From Macrostomum hystrix (taxonomy: Eukaryota > Animalia > Platyhelminthes), in assembly GCA_950097015.1 (NCBI GenBank), contig CATNEN010000003.1, positions 1,798,001 to 1,862,000 on the forward strand: a stretch of DNA of 64,000 nt, written 5' to 3'. This document shows positions 19,355 to 32,000 of this stretch, in pieces. Positions within the stretch are counted from its first letter, which is position 1. Each line of letters starts with the position of its first letter. Position numbers and translations under genes: made by a program. The notes beneath the pieces are model-generated. The model made no database searches and was not told the origin of the DNA. It saw nothing but the letters and a program-made list of their open reading frames with translations.

Positions 19355-20120
19355 GCTGCTCAAACAGCCCAGATGCTGATGAGCACACAGAACTCATTGA
19401 GCACTGCTCAACCAGCCTAGATACGGATGAGCACACAGAACTCACTGAGCACAGCTCAAACCGCATAGAAACCGATGAGAACACAGAACCCACTGAGCAC
19501 TGCTCAAACTGCCTAGAAACGGATGAGCACACAGAACTCACTGAGCACTGCTCAAACAGCCCAAATACCGATGAGCACACAGAACTCACTCAGCACTGCT
19601 TAAACAGCTTACATGCCGATGAGCACTGCTCAACCAGCCTAGATACGGATGAGCACACAGAACTCATTGAGCACTGCTCAAACAGCCCAAATACCGATGA
19701 GCACACAGAACTCACTGAGCACAGCTCGAACCGCATAGAAACCGATGAGAACACAGAACCCACTGAGCACTGCTCAAACTGCCTAGAAAGGGATGAGCAC
19801 ACAGAACTCATTGAGCACTGCTCAAACAGCCCAAATACCGATGAGCACACAGAACTCACTGAGCACAGCTCGAACCGCATAGAAACCGATGAGAACACAG
19901 AACCCACTGAGCACTGCTCAAACTGCCTAGAAAGGGATGAGCACACAGAACTCACTGAGCACTGCTCAAACAGCCCAAATACCGATGAGCACACAGAACT
20001 CACTCAGCACTGCTTAAACAGCTCACATGCCGATGAGCACTGCTCAACCAGCCTAGATACGGATGAGCACACAGAAACCGATGCTCAAAACGCCTAGAAA
20101 CCGATTAGCACATAGAACTC
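19355..20120. repeat. 48-bp minisatellite in intron 1 of copy A
   Basis: Repeated GATGAGCACACAGAACTCACTGAGCACTGCTCAA units. Confidence 0.9.
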
Positions 20121-22585
20121 ACCTTGCACGCCTCAATCAGCTCTAGGATGATGGCCTTGACCAGGTCGTGAGCAGATGAAAAGTCCTGGTAGGGTGGCAG
20201 ACGGCAGAATATCTTGTCGGCTGCTGTCTCGTCCAGGTCGTCAAGGACGCCATCGAGTTGCTGCGGTCTGGAGGGCAGGCCGAGGCTCTCACTGAGGGCG
20301 CGGATTCTGGCACGAAGGTCGCGCTCGCAGGCGGCCTTCAGCGCGTGGAAGCCGCGAGAGTCACAGTCACGGCAGAAAAAGTCTAGCTGATCATTCACCA
20401 GATAAACATGGTACAGCTCGTCATTGATGCCAGCACACGTGGCGTGGACCACATTCTTGCAGTTGGCAGTTGAGCAAGCTAGAGAGTTGCCAATCAGAGA
20501 GGTCACTCGGTGGCATTCGTGGCACTTCACCTCCGTGCTCTCGCAGTGCTGGCACAGATTGTCCCAGTCGGACCAGCCTTAAGGCTTTGCCGCAGTGCTT
20601 GCAAACCGCACAGTCGCAGCACAATTGCCAGTCCTTGGCCGTGTAGCCTCGACTCTCAGCCAGACATGCTGGATGGAATGCCACTCCGCACTTAATGCAG
20701 CTGCGACATGCGGTCCCGGACCTCTTGCACACCCGGCACACCAGACACCGAGCGCAGCGCCAAGGAGTCAGGCCAGACCACAGAGGCCTTTCGCAAACCG
20801 ACAGGCAGTACAGGTGAAACTGCTCAGTGCAGCAGCTGCACCTCAACATCAGATCTTGCTCAGCTCCACCGCTGCCACACAGAAGACATTGAGCCTGATC
20901 CAAATCTGGCAGACTTCCCTTCTTACCGAATACGGCAACGCCATCGCGCCAAGCCTCCTCGCGACTCGACATCTCCTGTGGCACGTCCACCGACACTGTC
21001 CCGCTGTCTCCAGACACCGACTGGACACACTGACGCAGCTGGACACGGCTCACTGAGTCGTACAGAGAGCCCATTCTTTGGGCAGCCTCACCTGCTGGCT
21101 TCTTCATCTTCACCGCCTTCTTCACCTGATCAGCTGACTCTGGCTGCGGTGCTGACCGCCTCTCACCGTGGCGACTCACCCAGCTGGGAAATCCCTTGGC
21201 AACTGAGTAGCCAGACAGATCAATGCCCGACTTCAGCACGGCCAAAGCGCGGCACTTGGCGCAGCAGCCGCAGTCACACTCAAGCTCGCTTTCCTGACTT
21301 GCTGACCTCAGACTGCCAATGAATGCCGTGTAGCAAGTCTTGCAGATGTCAACCTTGCCCTGCAGCGAGATGAGAAGAGCAGCGCAGCCACACACGCTGC
21401 AGTAGATGGAGCCACCATCAGCCTCCTCAACACTCGTGTCCGCCATCTTCACCTTCGCCCTGCGCCTCGGCTCCCCGACCTCCGGCGGCTTCTTCGGCTC
21501 CTCCGCTGCCGCAGCATCGTTGGCCGTATCCGCCTCCTCTGGCAGCGTCCCGTCGCTCTTCCGCTTCCGCTTGCCGGCCATCTCCTCGGCACCGTTGCTG
21601 ACCTTCGCTCGCTTCCGCTGCTTCTTTGACAGAGCCGACGGTGACAACTTCGGCCCGCCGCCTTCGCTGGTCGATCGCCGCTTCTGCCTGCCCGCCTGCT
21701 TCTTGCGCTCCGCCGCCTCCTCCTGGTCTATGAATCGAAGCGGCTTCTTTGACCTACGCCTGCTGTCATCCTGTAGGATGACCGCTTTATAATCTACGTC
21801 ATCATCAGACTTGACCTCCACCTCAGCAGTTTCCTCTGTTTCAGTGCCTTCCAATTTGCTGTACACAATGAGGCCACACAGTGCTGCCTTGTGCTTCTTC
21901 TCAAAGTTTTTTAGTTGCTTATCTTTTTTGCCTCGTCTATAAGAGGCATAGCGGTGGCCATTCTTAACTGCATACTGCAGTGTACTCAGACTCATGCTCT
22001 GATGTAGCCTAGCTGTACGCTTCTCATGAATATCAAGAAGCCATGGCATGGCTTAGCTAGATGAGCTATGGAGTAATGCTGCAAATATAAAAAATATACT
22101 AGTTTCTTAATTAATGTCTTATCTGAGTCAACTTTACATTGCTAAAGTGAATATTTGCCTAATATATTTAAAGTTGAATATGAAAATGTCTCATAGTTTA
22201 TCTTAGCTAGATACTAGGCTCAGTACTCTTTACCACTACCTTGTATTTAGAAGAAAATGAATAGCATCTTAAATGAATTGAATATCAAAATGACACACGT
22301 GTACACACACATACATACAGACAAGCAACATATAAAATTGGAATATTTAAATTGGGAAAGTTTACTATTCTAAACCTGTAACATCATAGATACAACTAAT
22401 GTGTCCATCATTGAGTTGTGGCATGCTTATGGACAAAGTTAATATATTTTTAACAATAAATAATTAATAATACTTAGCATCTTTTATTTTGCAGCTACAC
22501 ATATGTACTTGTATGATCCAGATCCCAAAAATATAAGAATGTTTCACATGTTTGGTCACTGCTTGATGGCAATATCCGCCTGGCC

Positions 22586-22963
22586 AATCAGCTCTATGAT
22601 GATGGCCTTCATACATGTGCAACCTCCCAAAGCTTAGCCAGCCGTGCGACTTAGTTTTTGCTCTATTTACCACTTAGTTTGCTCTCAGTTGCGACTTAGT
22701 TTGTTTCATTGCTCTATTTACGACTTAGTTTGCTCTCATTTGCTCTATTTTTCTCTCCCCTTTTTCCTCTTCTTCAAGCCTTCCTTTTTTGTCTCTTGGT
22801 CCCCCCTTTGCTTTTTTTGCACTTGGTTGATTGGTTTTTTCGACTTACCTTGCTTGGCCCTCGTTTCACCCAGCTGAACTGGCTGGGTCGGCCAGGTGTT
22901 GCATATGTATGATGGCCTTGACCGGGTCGTGAGCAGATGAAAATTCCTGGTAGGGTGGCAGAC
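22586..22963 (-). pseudogene. Short third fragment of the KMT2-like exon 1 end, split by a MITE
   Basis: Flanks of the MITE rejoin to a sequence matching about 20135-20202. Confidence 0.7.
22610..22911. mobile_element. hAT-type MITE family 1, copy 1
   Basis: TIR CATACATG(C/T)GCAAC; 8-bp TSD ATGGCCTT. Confidence 0.88.
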
Positions 22964-23464
22964 AGCCACCACTCAATCTAATGCATCTCATCTCTTATGT
23001 ATTTTACAATGTGTTACATAAACTTTGTAAATTGACATTTCGGTAACAAATAGGCCATATGTAGTAGTCCTATATAGCTAGTGGCCTGCTATGTCCCTAA
23101 GGCTACTCTATTCTTAGATTAGTAAGTCTACTAGAACATGTAGGCCTAATATCATTATGATAAGTAATTTTCAATGTGCTACCCTAACTAAGTCAGTTCT
23201 ATAAATAAATGAGTTGTGCACTGAGGTGTGTGGTATACTTTGTTTAATGGGGTTGGGCCTAGTTTGGAGCTTTTGGAACTTTAATTCTTTAGGCTTTTAG
23301 GCATTTAGAAAAATGTCATCACACCAGTATAGTTAATGGTATGTATAGCAGTAGCCTAACTAAAACAAAAACTATAAATTTTGAATAATTAGGCCTAACT
23401 TAGTAATTACCTAGGCCACATTTACCAATCACATGATGCATAATAGCTACCTATGCAGCATAAG

Positions 23465-23745
23465 CATATATGCGCAACCTCCCAAATCTTAGCTGGCCAT
23501 GCGACTTAGTTTTTGCTTTCATTTGCAACTTAGTTCGTTTTCATTGCTCTATTTACGACCTAGTTTGCTCTCATTTGCTCTCTTTTTATCTCCCCCTTTT
23601 CCTTTCTTCATGCCTTCCTTTTTTGTCCCTTGGTCCCCCCTTTGATTTTTTTGTGCTTGGTCGATTGGTTTTTGCGACTTACCTTGCTTGGCCCTTGTTT
23701 CACCCAGCAGGTTCGGCCAGGTCGGTCGGGTGTTGTGCATGTATG
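23465..23745. mobile_element. hAT-type MITE family 1, copy 2
   Basis: Same TIRs and body; 8-bp TSD AGCATAAG. Confidence 0.88.
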
Positions 23746-24644
23746 AGCATAAGCGTTTAAATTATGTTTTTGTATACCATAGTTAAGTATAAACAAGAAC
23801 TAGGCAAAGACAAAGCCAACCAATGCAAGAATCACAAAAACTTAAAAGCAAAGCCTAGACATATATTATTGTTAATTTTTTCTCATTTACTGACATAAGT
23901 TAACCAGGTATAGAGGAACACAATTTGAATTCTGTAAATTTAAATTATAAACTAAATGAATATCTAAATAATCTATAATAAGCTGAATCTATACAGCCAC
24001 AATTCGTCCTAGAAAGACTCTAATAGTGGAAGAAATCTCAATTGATACAACTTTGTATCAAACTTTGAGTAAAAAAGGTACGTTTTTAGTTCGTCTCAAA
24101 AAATGCTATAAACAAGGGAAAAAAGTTAAAACAAAACGCTTTTCACTGTAGAAGGTTTTAACAGTATTTTACTTTATAGAAGTGAATTTATTGCGGATAT
24201 AGTTAGATGCATTTATGCATTTTTTAATATTGAAGACTGTTTTGAAAAAATGTCGTTCGACATACAAATCGGCGCCGGCCATTAATTTTTTTACGTTTTA
24301 AAGCCCTTGGATTCTGTAAATAGTTAAATAGGCATTTTAGATCTTTCTTGTTGTGTTTCATCGTTCTACTTGTTTTCTGCTTGTGTACTAACAGTTTAGT
24401 AGGACGTAGTTAAATCCATATTTTAATTTTTTTACATATTAAATATCAAACTAAACTATTAAATTTTGTGTCAAGTCAAAAGATATAGGCCCTTATGTGA
24501 TTTTAATGTAAGTAATTTACTAGGCCCTAATTCTTGACCTATTATCTTAGCTTAAATAAGGCCATTTTATTTATTTAATTATATTACTTTTGATTGACTA
24601 AAATAAATACCATTATCCTAGGTTTGTGTAGGTAGGCCTAGGCC

Positions 24645-24867
24645 CATACATGTGCAACAACCTCCAAAATCTTAGCGGCCTGTGCAACTCAGTTGCTCTA
24701 TTTTTCTCTTCCCTTTTTCCACATCTTCACGCCTTCCTTTTTGTGCCTTGGCCCCCCTTTGATTTTTTTGTGCTTGGTTGATTGGTTTTTGTGACTTACC
24801 TTGCTTGGCCCTCGTTTCACCCGGCGCTGCTGGTTCGGCCAGGTCAGCCGGGTGTTGCGCATGAATG
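24645..24867. mobile_element. hAT-type MITE family 1, copy 3
   Basis: Same TIRs and body; 8-bp TSD CCTAGGCC. Confidence 0.88.
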
Positions 24868-24955
24868 CCTAGGCCTATACTTCATTTTTACTTGATGCTA
24901 GCTATTTATCAGTAGGCATTTCACTATTTCTCCATAAATAGGCCTAGGCTATAAC

Positions 24956-25786
24956 CATAGTTGCCACTGCTGCGCTATTTTAGCGCAGCTGCGCTATTCT
25001 CAATTGCCTGCATTATTGCGCTACTATTTGCAAAACATGACCAATTCTGCGCTGAAGTGTGATTTCTGTCACAAGTTGAGCTTTATGCGATTGTTTTTCT
25101 CTCGCCAGACTGATACTGTACATTGGAGGAGGGGCAGAGACTTCTAGAAATAACAAAGCTGTTACTTCTAGAAGTCTCTGGCTGCAGTAAACAAGTTTGT
25201 GCACTTCCATCTGCCCCTAAAAATGCCGGCCTCAACTTGCAGGGAAAACATTAGTCATCGCTGTGCCTTGCGGCTTGCGGGTCCAGTCGTTATTTCTAGA
25301 AGTCTCTGGAGGAGGGGTTGCAGTTAGATTGCCGACCCCTGGTGTAACCCCATGTTTATTTTGACACTTCTCTTACCCCAACTTTAAAGTCAAACGCCAC
25401 AGCTCACTTGCTATTGGCTGGGCTGTGAATCTCTCCCTCGTCCACTTTTCTACCCAAAGACTAAAAAGGATTAAGGCCCACCCCATGGATGTCTTCTGTA
25501 TGGATTTCTTCCCCCTCCCTTTATACTTAAAACCCTTCTGAGACAAATCAATTTTTGGCTAAAAAATAAACAGGTTTCTTATTCAGTGCACATTAATTTA
25601 TGCTGCCTTTTGCTGTCATTGTCTGGATGACAGACAGTAAGAGGGAGAGAAAGAAGCAGTTGGGCGTGGGCGGGGGGCTGGGCAGCAAAGGGGGTCATAT
25701 ATATTGCACGTTTTGTCATTTGGGTGAACCTGCGCTATTTTTACCTTTCTGCGCTACTAATTTCTTCACGACCTGTGACAACTATG
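24956..25786. mobile_element. Non-autonomous hAT-like element with a nested 174-bp TIR element (25135-25308)
   Basis: Ends CATAGTTGCCAC / GTGACAACTATG with TSD GCTATAAC; nested element has TIR CAGAGACTTCTAGAAATAAC and flanking GAGGAGGGG repeats. Confidence 0.75.
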
Positions 25787-26372
25787 GCTATAACCTATCA
25801 GTTAGGCCTATTCTTAGCATTTCATTTGCTTTAGGCCCTAGTATTATTATAGGCCATAATTTTACCTAGTTTTTAACTATAGGCCTATAAAATACAAAGT
25901 AGCCATTCACTAGTGTTTTAATTAGGTGCATGGCTGACATTCACCCAGTGTTTAATTGCATGGTATAGCCAGTCAAACTATGTTCATTTCTGTTACATAA
26001 ACTTCTTAAATGGACATTTCGGTAACAAAAACTTTCTGGCCAAACATTCTTAAATTGCTGACACTATTCATTGTCTATGGCCAAAAAGCAACCCTTCACC
26101 AATAACTCGACTGTGCAGTAATCACTCATCACTTTGCAGCAATCACTCATAACTCATCACTTTGGCTTGTAGGCGAGGCATTCTCGGCTCGACTTACAAA
26201 GCCTTATAAGCCACCACTCAACTTATAAGCCACCAATACTGTGCTGGCTTATAGCAGGCTGCTTTTGTGGGGGCTCCACAACAGCATTGGTTGTAGAATT
26301 CAAGGACTCATGAAGGGAGCCACATATCTTTTGCATCTCACCCACATAGGGGATCCAAACCGCAGGTACAGA

Positions 26373-26652
26373 CATACATGCGCAACCTCCCAAATCTTAG
26401 CTGGCCTTGCGACTTAGTTTTTGCTCTCATTTGCGACTTAGTTCGTTTCATTGCTCTATTTACGACTTAGTTTGCTCTCATTTGCTCTTTTTTTCTCTCC
26501 CCTTTTTCCTTTTCTTCACGCCTTACTTTTTTGTCCCTTGGTCCCCCCTTTGATTTTTTGCGCTTGGTCGATTGGTTTTTGCGACTTACCTTGCTTGGCC
26601 CTCGTTTCACCCGGCCGGTTCGGCCAGGTCGGCCGGGTGTTGCGCATGTATG
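26373..26652. mobile_element. hAT-type MITE family 1, copy 4
   Basis: Perfect 14-bp TIR CATACATGCGCAAC; 8-bp TSD GGTACAGA. Confidence 0.9.
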
Positions 26653-26654
26653 GG

Positions 26655-27883
26655 TACAGATCAAGGGTTTTTGTTGCCTTGTGTCCTGTCACCATAAAAA
26701 TATCAGACACTGTGTCCTGCATCTGCAAGTTGCTTGACAACAGTTGGTCAAATGTTATGTCTAATGTAGCACTTGCTAAGGCCGGCATCCTTGCTGATGC
26801 GAGCCATCATTCTGGTCAGAGTATTGATTCCGATAGGCTGTTTCCCAAAATACCAGTTGCTGTTCTCATAACCCTTCTCTAGCAGCTTCAGAAAAAATGC
26901 GGCTTTAGATAAAGCACCCATAGCAGTTGCTGATGATGTACAGGCAGTAGACTCCTCTCTCTTCACTAAGTACAGAGACACTGCACAGGGCAATGAACAT
27001 CGGCACTGGTCATTACAGACTCCTTCACATTGCACGAAGCAACTCTTGTCAAAGTTGTTTTACAACATTCTTCACCTTTCTCTTGTGCAAGTGCACAATC
27101 TTCTGGCGGTTAGGCGCCCCACCGAAGACAAAGCTATTGGTACTCAAACCACATAGCCACTCTCGTCCTCTGGTCCCAAAGTAGGAAACGTTAAAATATG
27201 CTTCTTGAAGCAGTCTCAATGGAGTAGAATGGTTAAAGTAGGCAGACAGACATGCCAAATCCTCAGGATCAATTGCTTCGAAGTGAGACATAGAACCTCC
27301 CTCATAGAAGAAACTCTATCGAACCGTCTTAAGAGTCTCATTGGCTCGGTAAAACTCTGGGTCAGCAATGATGTTAAAACTTCTTTGCTGCATGAAGAAG
27401 CGGAAAATCGCCGCTTGAATACATACAAGTGTTGCAGAGCATAAGCCTTTCCATCATGCCTCTTCAATGTCCCGTAGAAATACCACAGGTCATTATTTAG
27501 ATCCTCCTTCGTACAGGAAGTCTCTTTGAACTTCATGGCCAGATATGCAGATACAAACTTCCAAAAGAGGCCCAAGTAGAGAACTTCTTGTCACTTTGTC
27601 CCTTCAACACAGTTGATCTTCTCAATTTCCTGCAAATCTTGTCCAACTGCGTCAGTGAAGATTCTTCCTGGCCAGGTCCATCAATCTCTGATAACAATTC
27701 AAAGAGTTTGTTGCTCACCTTGTCAAGATCTTCGGTAAAATTGTCAGCGACTTCCCGTTGCTCGTCAACCAGTGCCATCACTTCCTGCCAGGCCAAAGCC
27801 TGATCAATCTCCATAGACGCAAGACCCAAAAGCATTTCATTCAGAAATTTAGAGTAGTCAATTAGTCTAATGATTCGAGACAT
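26655..27883 (-). pseudogene. Crypton-type tyrosine recombinase (DUF3504-like) remnant, frameshifted
   Basis: Fragments FYGTLKRHDGKAY, YFGTRGREWL, WY...PIGINTLTRMMARISKDAGL and IFMVTGHK..TLDLY in different frames. Confidence 0.75.
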
Positions 27884-28389
27884 TTTCAGTTGTATTTCTT
27901 CTCTTGTCTCTACTTTCTGGCCAAACCTAAATTTCCCTTATCCCTCTTATAGTCCATGTGTGAAGTAAATTCCAATCTATCTATGTCTATGGCTAAAACC
28001 AGAAGAATGCTTTGCCCATAAATCAATGAATCTATCACTAGGTTCCTTCGTGCGTAAATAGTCTATGGCACAAGTGTGAAGACTATTTACGCACTCAAAA
28101 CCTAGAGATAAATCTACGATTTCAGTAACATATTCAGGACACTTTGGTAACTTAAATAATACCAAGTCATGACATTAGTCCTGAACAAAGAAATTAAAAC
28201 AGTATATATTGTTTATTTAGTCAGATTAAAACATCCCAAGTAAAACAAATACTAACAGGGGCTGTGTTGACATTTAATGTGATCATCATGAAATGTGTTT
28301 TTAATGCTGTGCAATGGTTTGGAATGACTTGCATTTTATAGTTACATTCTTAAATTTTAATGTCATAAGTTAGTAACCCAAATGCATTT

Positions 28390-28755
28390 TTACTTCCACA
28401 GCTGTAGCACCCAGTATAGACAGTATAAAACATAAGTCTTGTGCTTAAGATGGTGCTTCAGACAAGACTGGGACATAAGTTTCACTTGTATTGACATATA
28501 ACGTGCCTCTGGGAAAAGGAGAGCTGTCAGCTTGTAGAATCCAAGGTTACCACTTTTGGCACTCTGGTTAAGCCAATGGTTGTAGCTTTCTGAACAATTG
28601 TTGCTATACAATTGCACCTTGACCAAATCAAATATACACTCCATAATCATCCATAACTGCCATACTTGCAATTGAATCACTGAGTGAATGGCTGTAATGC
28701 ATGCAAGCTCTCTCTCTTTAAAAAAACATGTGCTAGTCATTTTTAGAACTGCCAT
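28390..28755 (-). pseudogene. Possible MULE/Mutator transposase C-terminal remnant
   Basis: SNNCSESYNHWLN...NLGFYKLTALL..E resembles the TNNxxExxHxxLN motif. Confidence 0.45.
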
Positions 28756-29018
28756 TTTGACAACTTATAACTAAAGTTTTACTGTTAGTCATTTGGTCTC
28801 CCAACATAACAGTTAATAAATTGACCAAATCAGTTTATTACCAAGTCTTTTTATAAAAGTGATTTAAAGCTATTAAAACAATTGATAGGGCCTTATCATA
28901 TCGGACCTATTGAGTATTGTTAAGTCAGGCTAAACTTTAGCTAGCCTAGGCTGCTTTTAGGCATCCTACGCATGAAACAAAAAAGTGATAACTTAAAAAC
29001 ATACTATTGTTCTTGCAG

Positions 29019-32000
29019 ATGTCTGAGGAATTAGACACAGAATTAGATTCATTCGCGCCGCCGCAGGCCCAGCTGACAAAAAGTGCGAGCAGCGAAATCG
29101 ATTGGCAGGCTTTTATTAGCGGCCAAGACGAGGAGGCCGATGATTCTTCGCCTCGTGTCGCCACTACAGAAGCCGCAGGGTCAGCAGTGCCGCTGGAGTC
29201 TCCATCAACGACGCATATTGCCAAAACTGGCAAGGGGCGAGGCCGACCACGCAAGAATCTATCAGCCATCAGCGGCGACAAAGATCGCGACTCTCAACAG
29301 CGGCGTCTACAGAAGCTGCTAGAATTTAAAGCTGAAGTGAATGAGAAGAAGACAACTAGGCTGCATCTGAGCATGAGTCTGCGCACACTGCAGGACTCGG
29401 TAAAGTCTGGCCAGCGCTATGCTGCTTATAAGCGGGGCACAAAAGCTGATAGTATAAAACGGCTTGAGGAGAAACATATGGCGGCTCTGTGCGGCCTCAT
29501 TGTTTACAGCGGACTGAGGCGCAGCGGGGTAGATGCGGAGACAGCAGAGGCGGACGTTAAGTCGGAAATGACTGAGGCGGCTGCTGTCGACACAGTGGAA
29601 TCCGCCGAGGAGACATCAACGGCGGAGGAAGAAGATGAGATAACTGCGGCAGCGCAGGACGACGGCAGGCGTAAGTCGAAGAAGCCGCTGAGATTTCTGG
29701 AGGAGGGAGGCGACATCGGCAGCGCTGAGCAAAAGAGGCGGCGCGGGACCTCTGCAACGGAGGAGGCGGCAGAGCGCAAGAAGCAGGCGGGCAGGCAGAA
29801 GCGGCGATCGACCAGCGAAGGCGGCGGGCCGAAGTTGTCACCGTCGGCTCTGTCAAAGAAGCAGCGGAAGCGAGCGAAGGTCAGCAACGGTGCCGAGGAG
29901 ATGGCCGGCAAGCGGAAGCGGAAGAGCGACGGGACGCTGCCAGAGGAGGCGGATACGGCCAACGATGCTGCGGCAGCGGAGGAGCCGAAGAAGCCGCCGG
30001 AGGTCGGGGAGCCGAGGCGCAGGGCGAAGGTGAAGATGGCGGACACGAGTGTTGAGGAGGCTGATGGTGGCTCCATCTACTGCAGCGTGTGTGGCTGCGC
30101 TGCTCTTCTCATCTCGCTGCAGGGCAAGGTTGACATCTGCAAGACTTGCTACACGGCATTCATTGGCAGTCTGAGGTCAGCAAGTCAGGAAAGCGAGCTT
30201 GAGTGTGACTGCGGCTGCTGCGCCAAGTGCCGCGCTTTGGCCGTGCTGAAGTCGGGCATTGATCTGTCTGGCTACTCAGTTGCCAAGGGATTTCCCAGCT
30301 GGGTGAGTCGCCACGGTGAGAGGCGGTCAGCACCGCAGCCAGAGTCAGCTGATCAGGTGAAGAAGGCGGTGAAGATGAAGAAGCCAGCAGGTGAGGCTGC
30401 CCAAAGAATGGGCTCTCTGTACGACTCAGTGAGCCGTGTCCAGCTGCGTCAGTGTGTCCAGTCGGTGTCTGGAGACAGCGGGACAGTGTCGGTGGACGTG
30501 CCACAGGAGATGTCGAGTCGCGAGGAGGCTTGGCGCGATGGCGTTGCCGTATTCGGTAAGAAGGGAAGTCTGCCAGATTTGGATCAGGCTCAATGTCTTC
30601 TGTGTGGCAGCGGTGGAGCTGAGCAAGATCTGATGTTGAGGTGCAGCTGCTGCACTGAGCAGTTTCACCTGTACTGCCTGTCGGTTTGCGAAAGGCCTCT
30701 GTGGTCTGGCCTGACTCCTTGGCGCTGCGCTCGGTGTCTGGTGTGCCGGGTGTGCAAGAGGTCCGGGACCGCATGTCGCAGCTGCATTAAGTGCGGAGTG
30801 GCATTCCATCCAGCATGTCTGGCTGAGAGTCGAGGCTACACGGCCAAGGACTGGCAATTGTGCTGCGACTGTGCGGTTTGCAAGCACTGCGGCAAAGCCT
30901 TCAGCGAAGGCTGGTCCGACTGGGACAATCTGTGCCAGCACTGCGAGAGCACGGAGGTGAAGTGCCACGAATGCCACCGAGTGACCTCTCTGATTGGCAA
31001 CTCTCTAGCTTGCTCAACTGCCAACTGCAAGAATGTGGTCCACGCCACGTGTGCTGGCATCAATGACGAGCTGTACCATGTTTATCTGGTGAATGATCAG
31101 CTAGACTTTTTCTGCCGTGACTGTGACTCTCGCGGCTTCCACGCGCTGAAGGCCGCCTGCGAGCGCGACCTTCGTGCCAGAATCCGCGCCCTCAGTGAGA
31201 GCCTCGGCCTGCCCTCCAGACCGCAGCAACTCGATGGCGTCCTTGACGACCTGGACGAGACAGCAGCCGACAAGATATTCTGCCGTCTGCCACCCTACCA
31301 GGACTTTTCATCTGCTCACGACCTGGTCAAGGCCATCATCCTAGAGCTGATTGAGGCGTGCAAGGTGAGTTCTATGTGCTAATCGGTTTCTAGGCGTTTT
31401 GAGCATCGGTTTCTGTGTGCTCATCCGTATCTAGGCTGGTTGAGCAGTGCTCATCGGCATGTAAGCTGTTTAAGCAGTGCTGAGTGAGTTCTGTGTGCTC
31501 ATCGGTATTTGGGCTGTTTGAGCAGTGCTCAGTGAGTTCTGTGTGCTCATCCGTTTCTAGGCGGTTTAAGCAGTGCTCAGTGAGTTCTGTGTGCTCACCG
31601 GTTTCTAGGCGGTTTGAGCAGTGCTCAGTGAGTTCTGTGTTCTCATCGGTCTTTGGGCTGGTTAAGTGACATTGTTAAATATATTTCTATTTTTAAAATG
31701 CTTATTTCTCAGTCTCCTGACAAGCTGACCGACTGCGCTCTGCTCTCTGCGGCCCTGGACAAAGGCGTGGTAGGCCTGTTTTCGTGGCTTCGCCTGCAGG
31801 ACATTCGCTCGGAGGTTCTTGGCGAGTCGCCGAACAGCCCGGAGCTCGCGGACGCGGACTCCCTGAGCTGCTCGATGGCCAGGGACTGCAGGGAGCTGTC
31901 GGTGCGGAAGCTGAGGGAGGCATCGGCTGTGGAAGGTGCGGCACCCTGTGAGCTGTGCGGAGAGCAGCGTCAGGACGGAGTGCTGGGACGCCTGCTGCCC

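Larger units (their letters stand above)
17128..22049 (-). pseudogene. Trithorax/MLL1-like (KMT2) gene copy A, disrupted; exons about 22049-20123, 18933-17946, 17619-17128
   Basis: Homologous to copy B; 5-bp frameshifting deletion at 20580/20581; SET exon cut by the Polinton at 17127. Confidence 0.88.

Noticed and set aside
19305-20003. Cys/Ser-rich ORFs
   Set aside because: Translations of the intronic 48-bp minisatellite
17128-22049. KMT2-like gene as Polinton cargo
   Set aside because: It lies outside the right TIR and is interrupted by the element
31220-31256. QLDGVLDD resembling a Taspase1 cleavage site
   Set aside because: It is not between FYRN and FYRC and aligns with the LEGV segment of the MLL1 bromodomain, so it is probably coincidental
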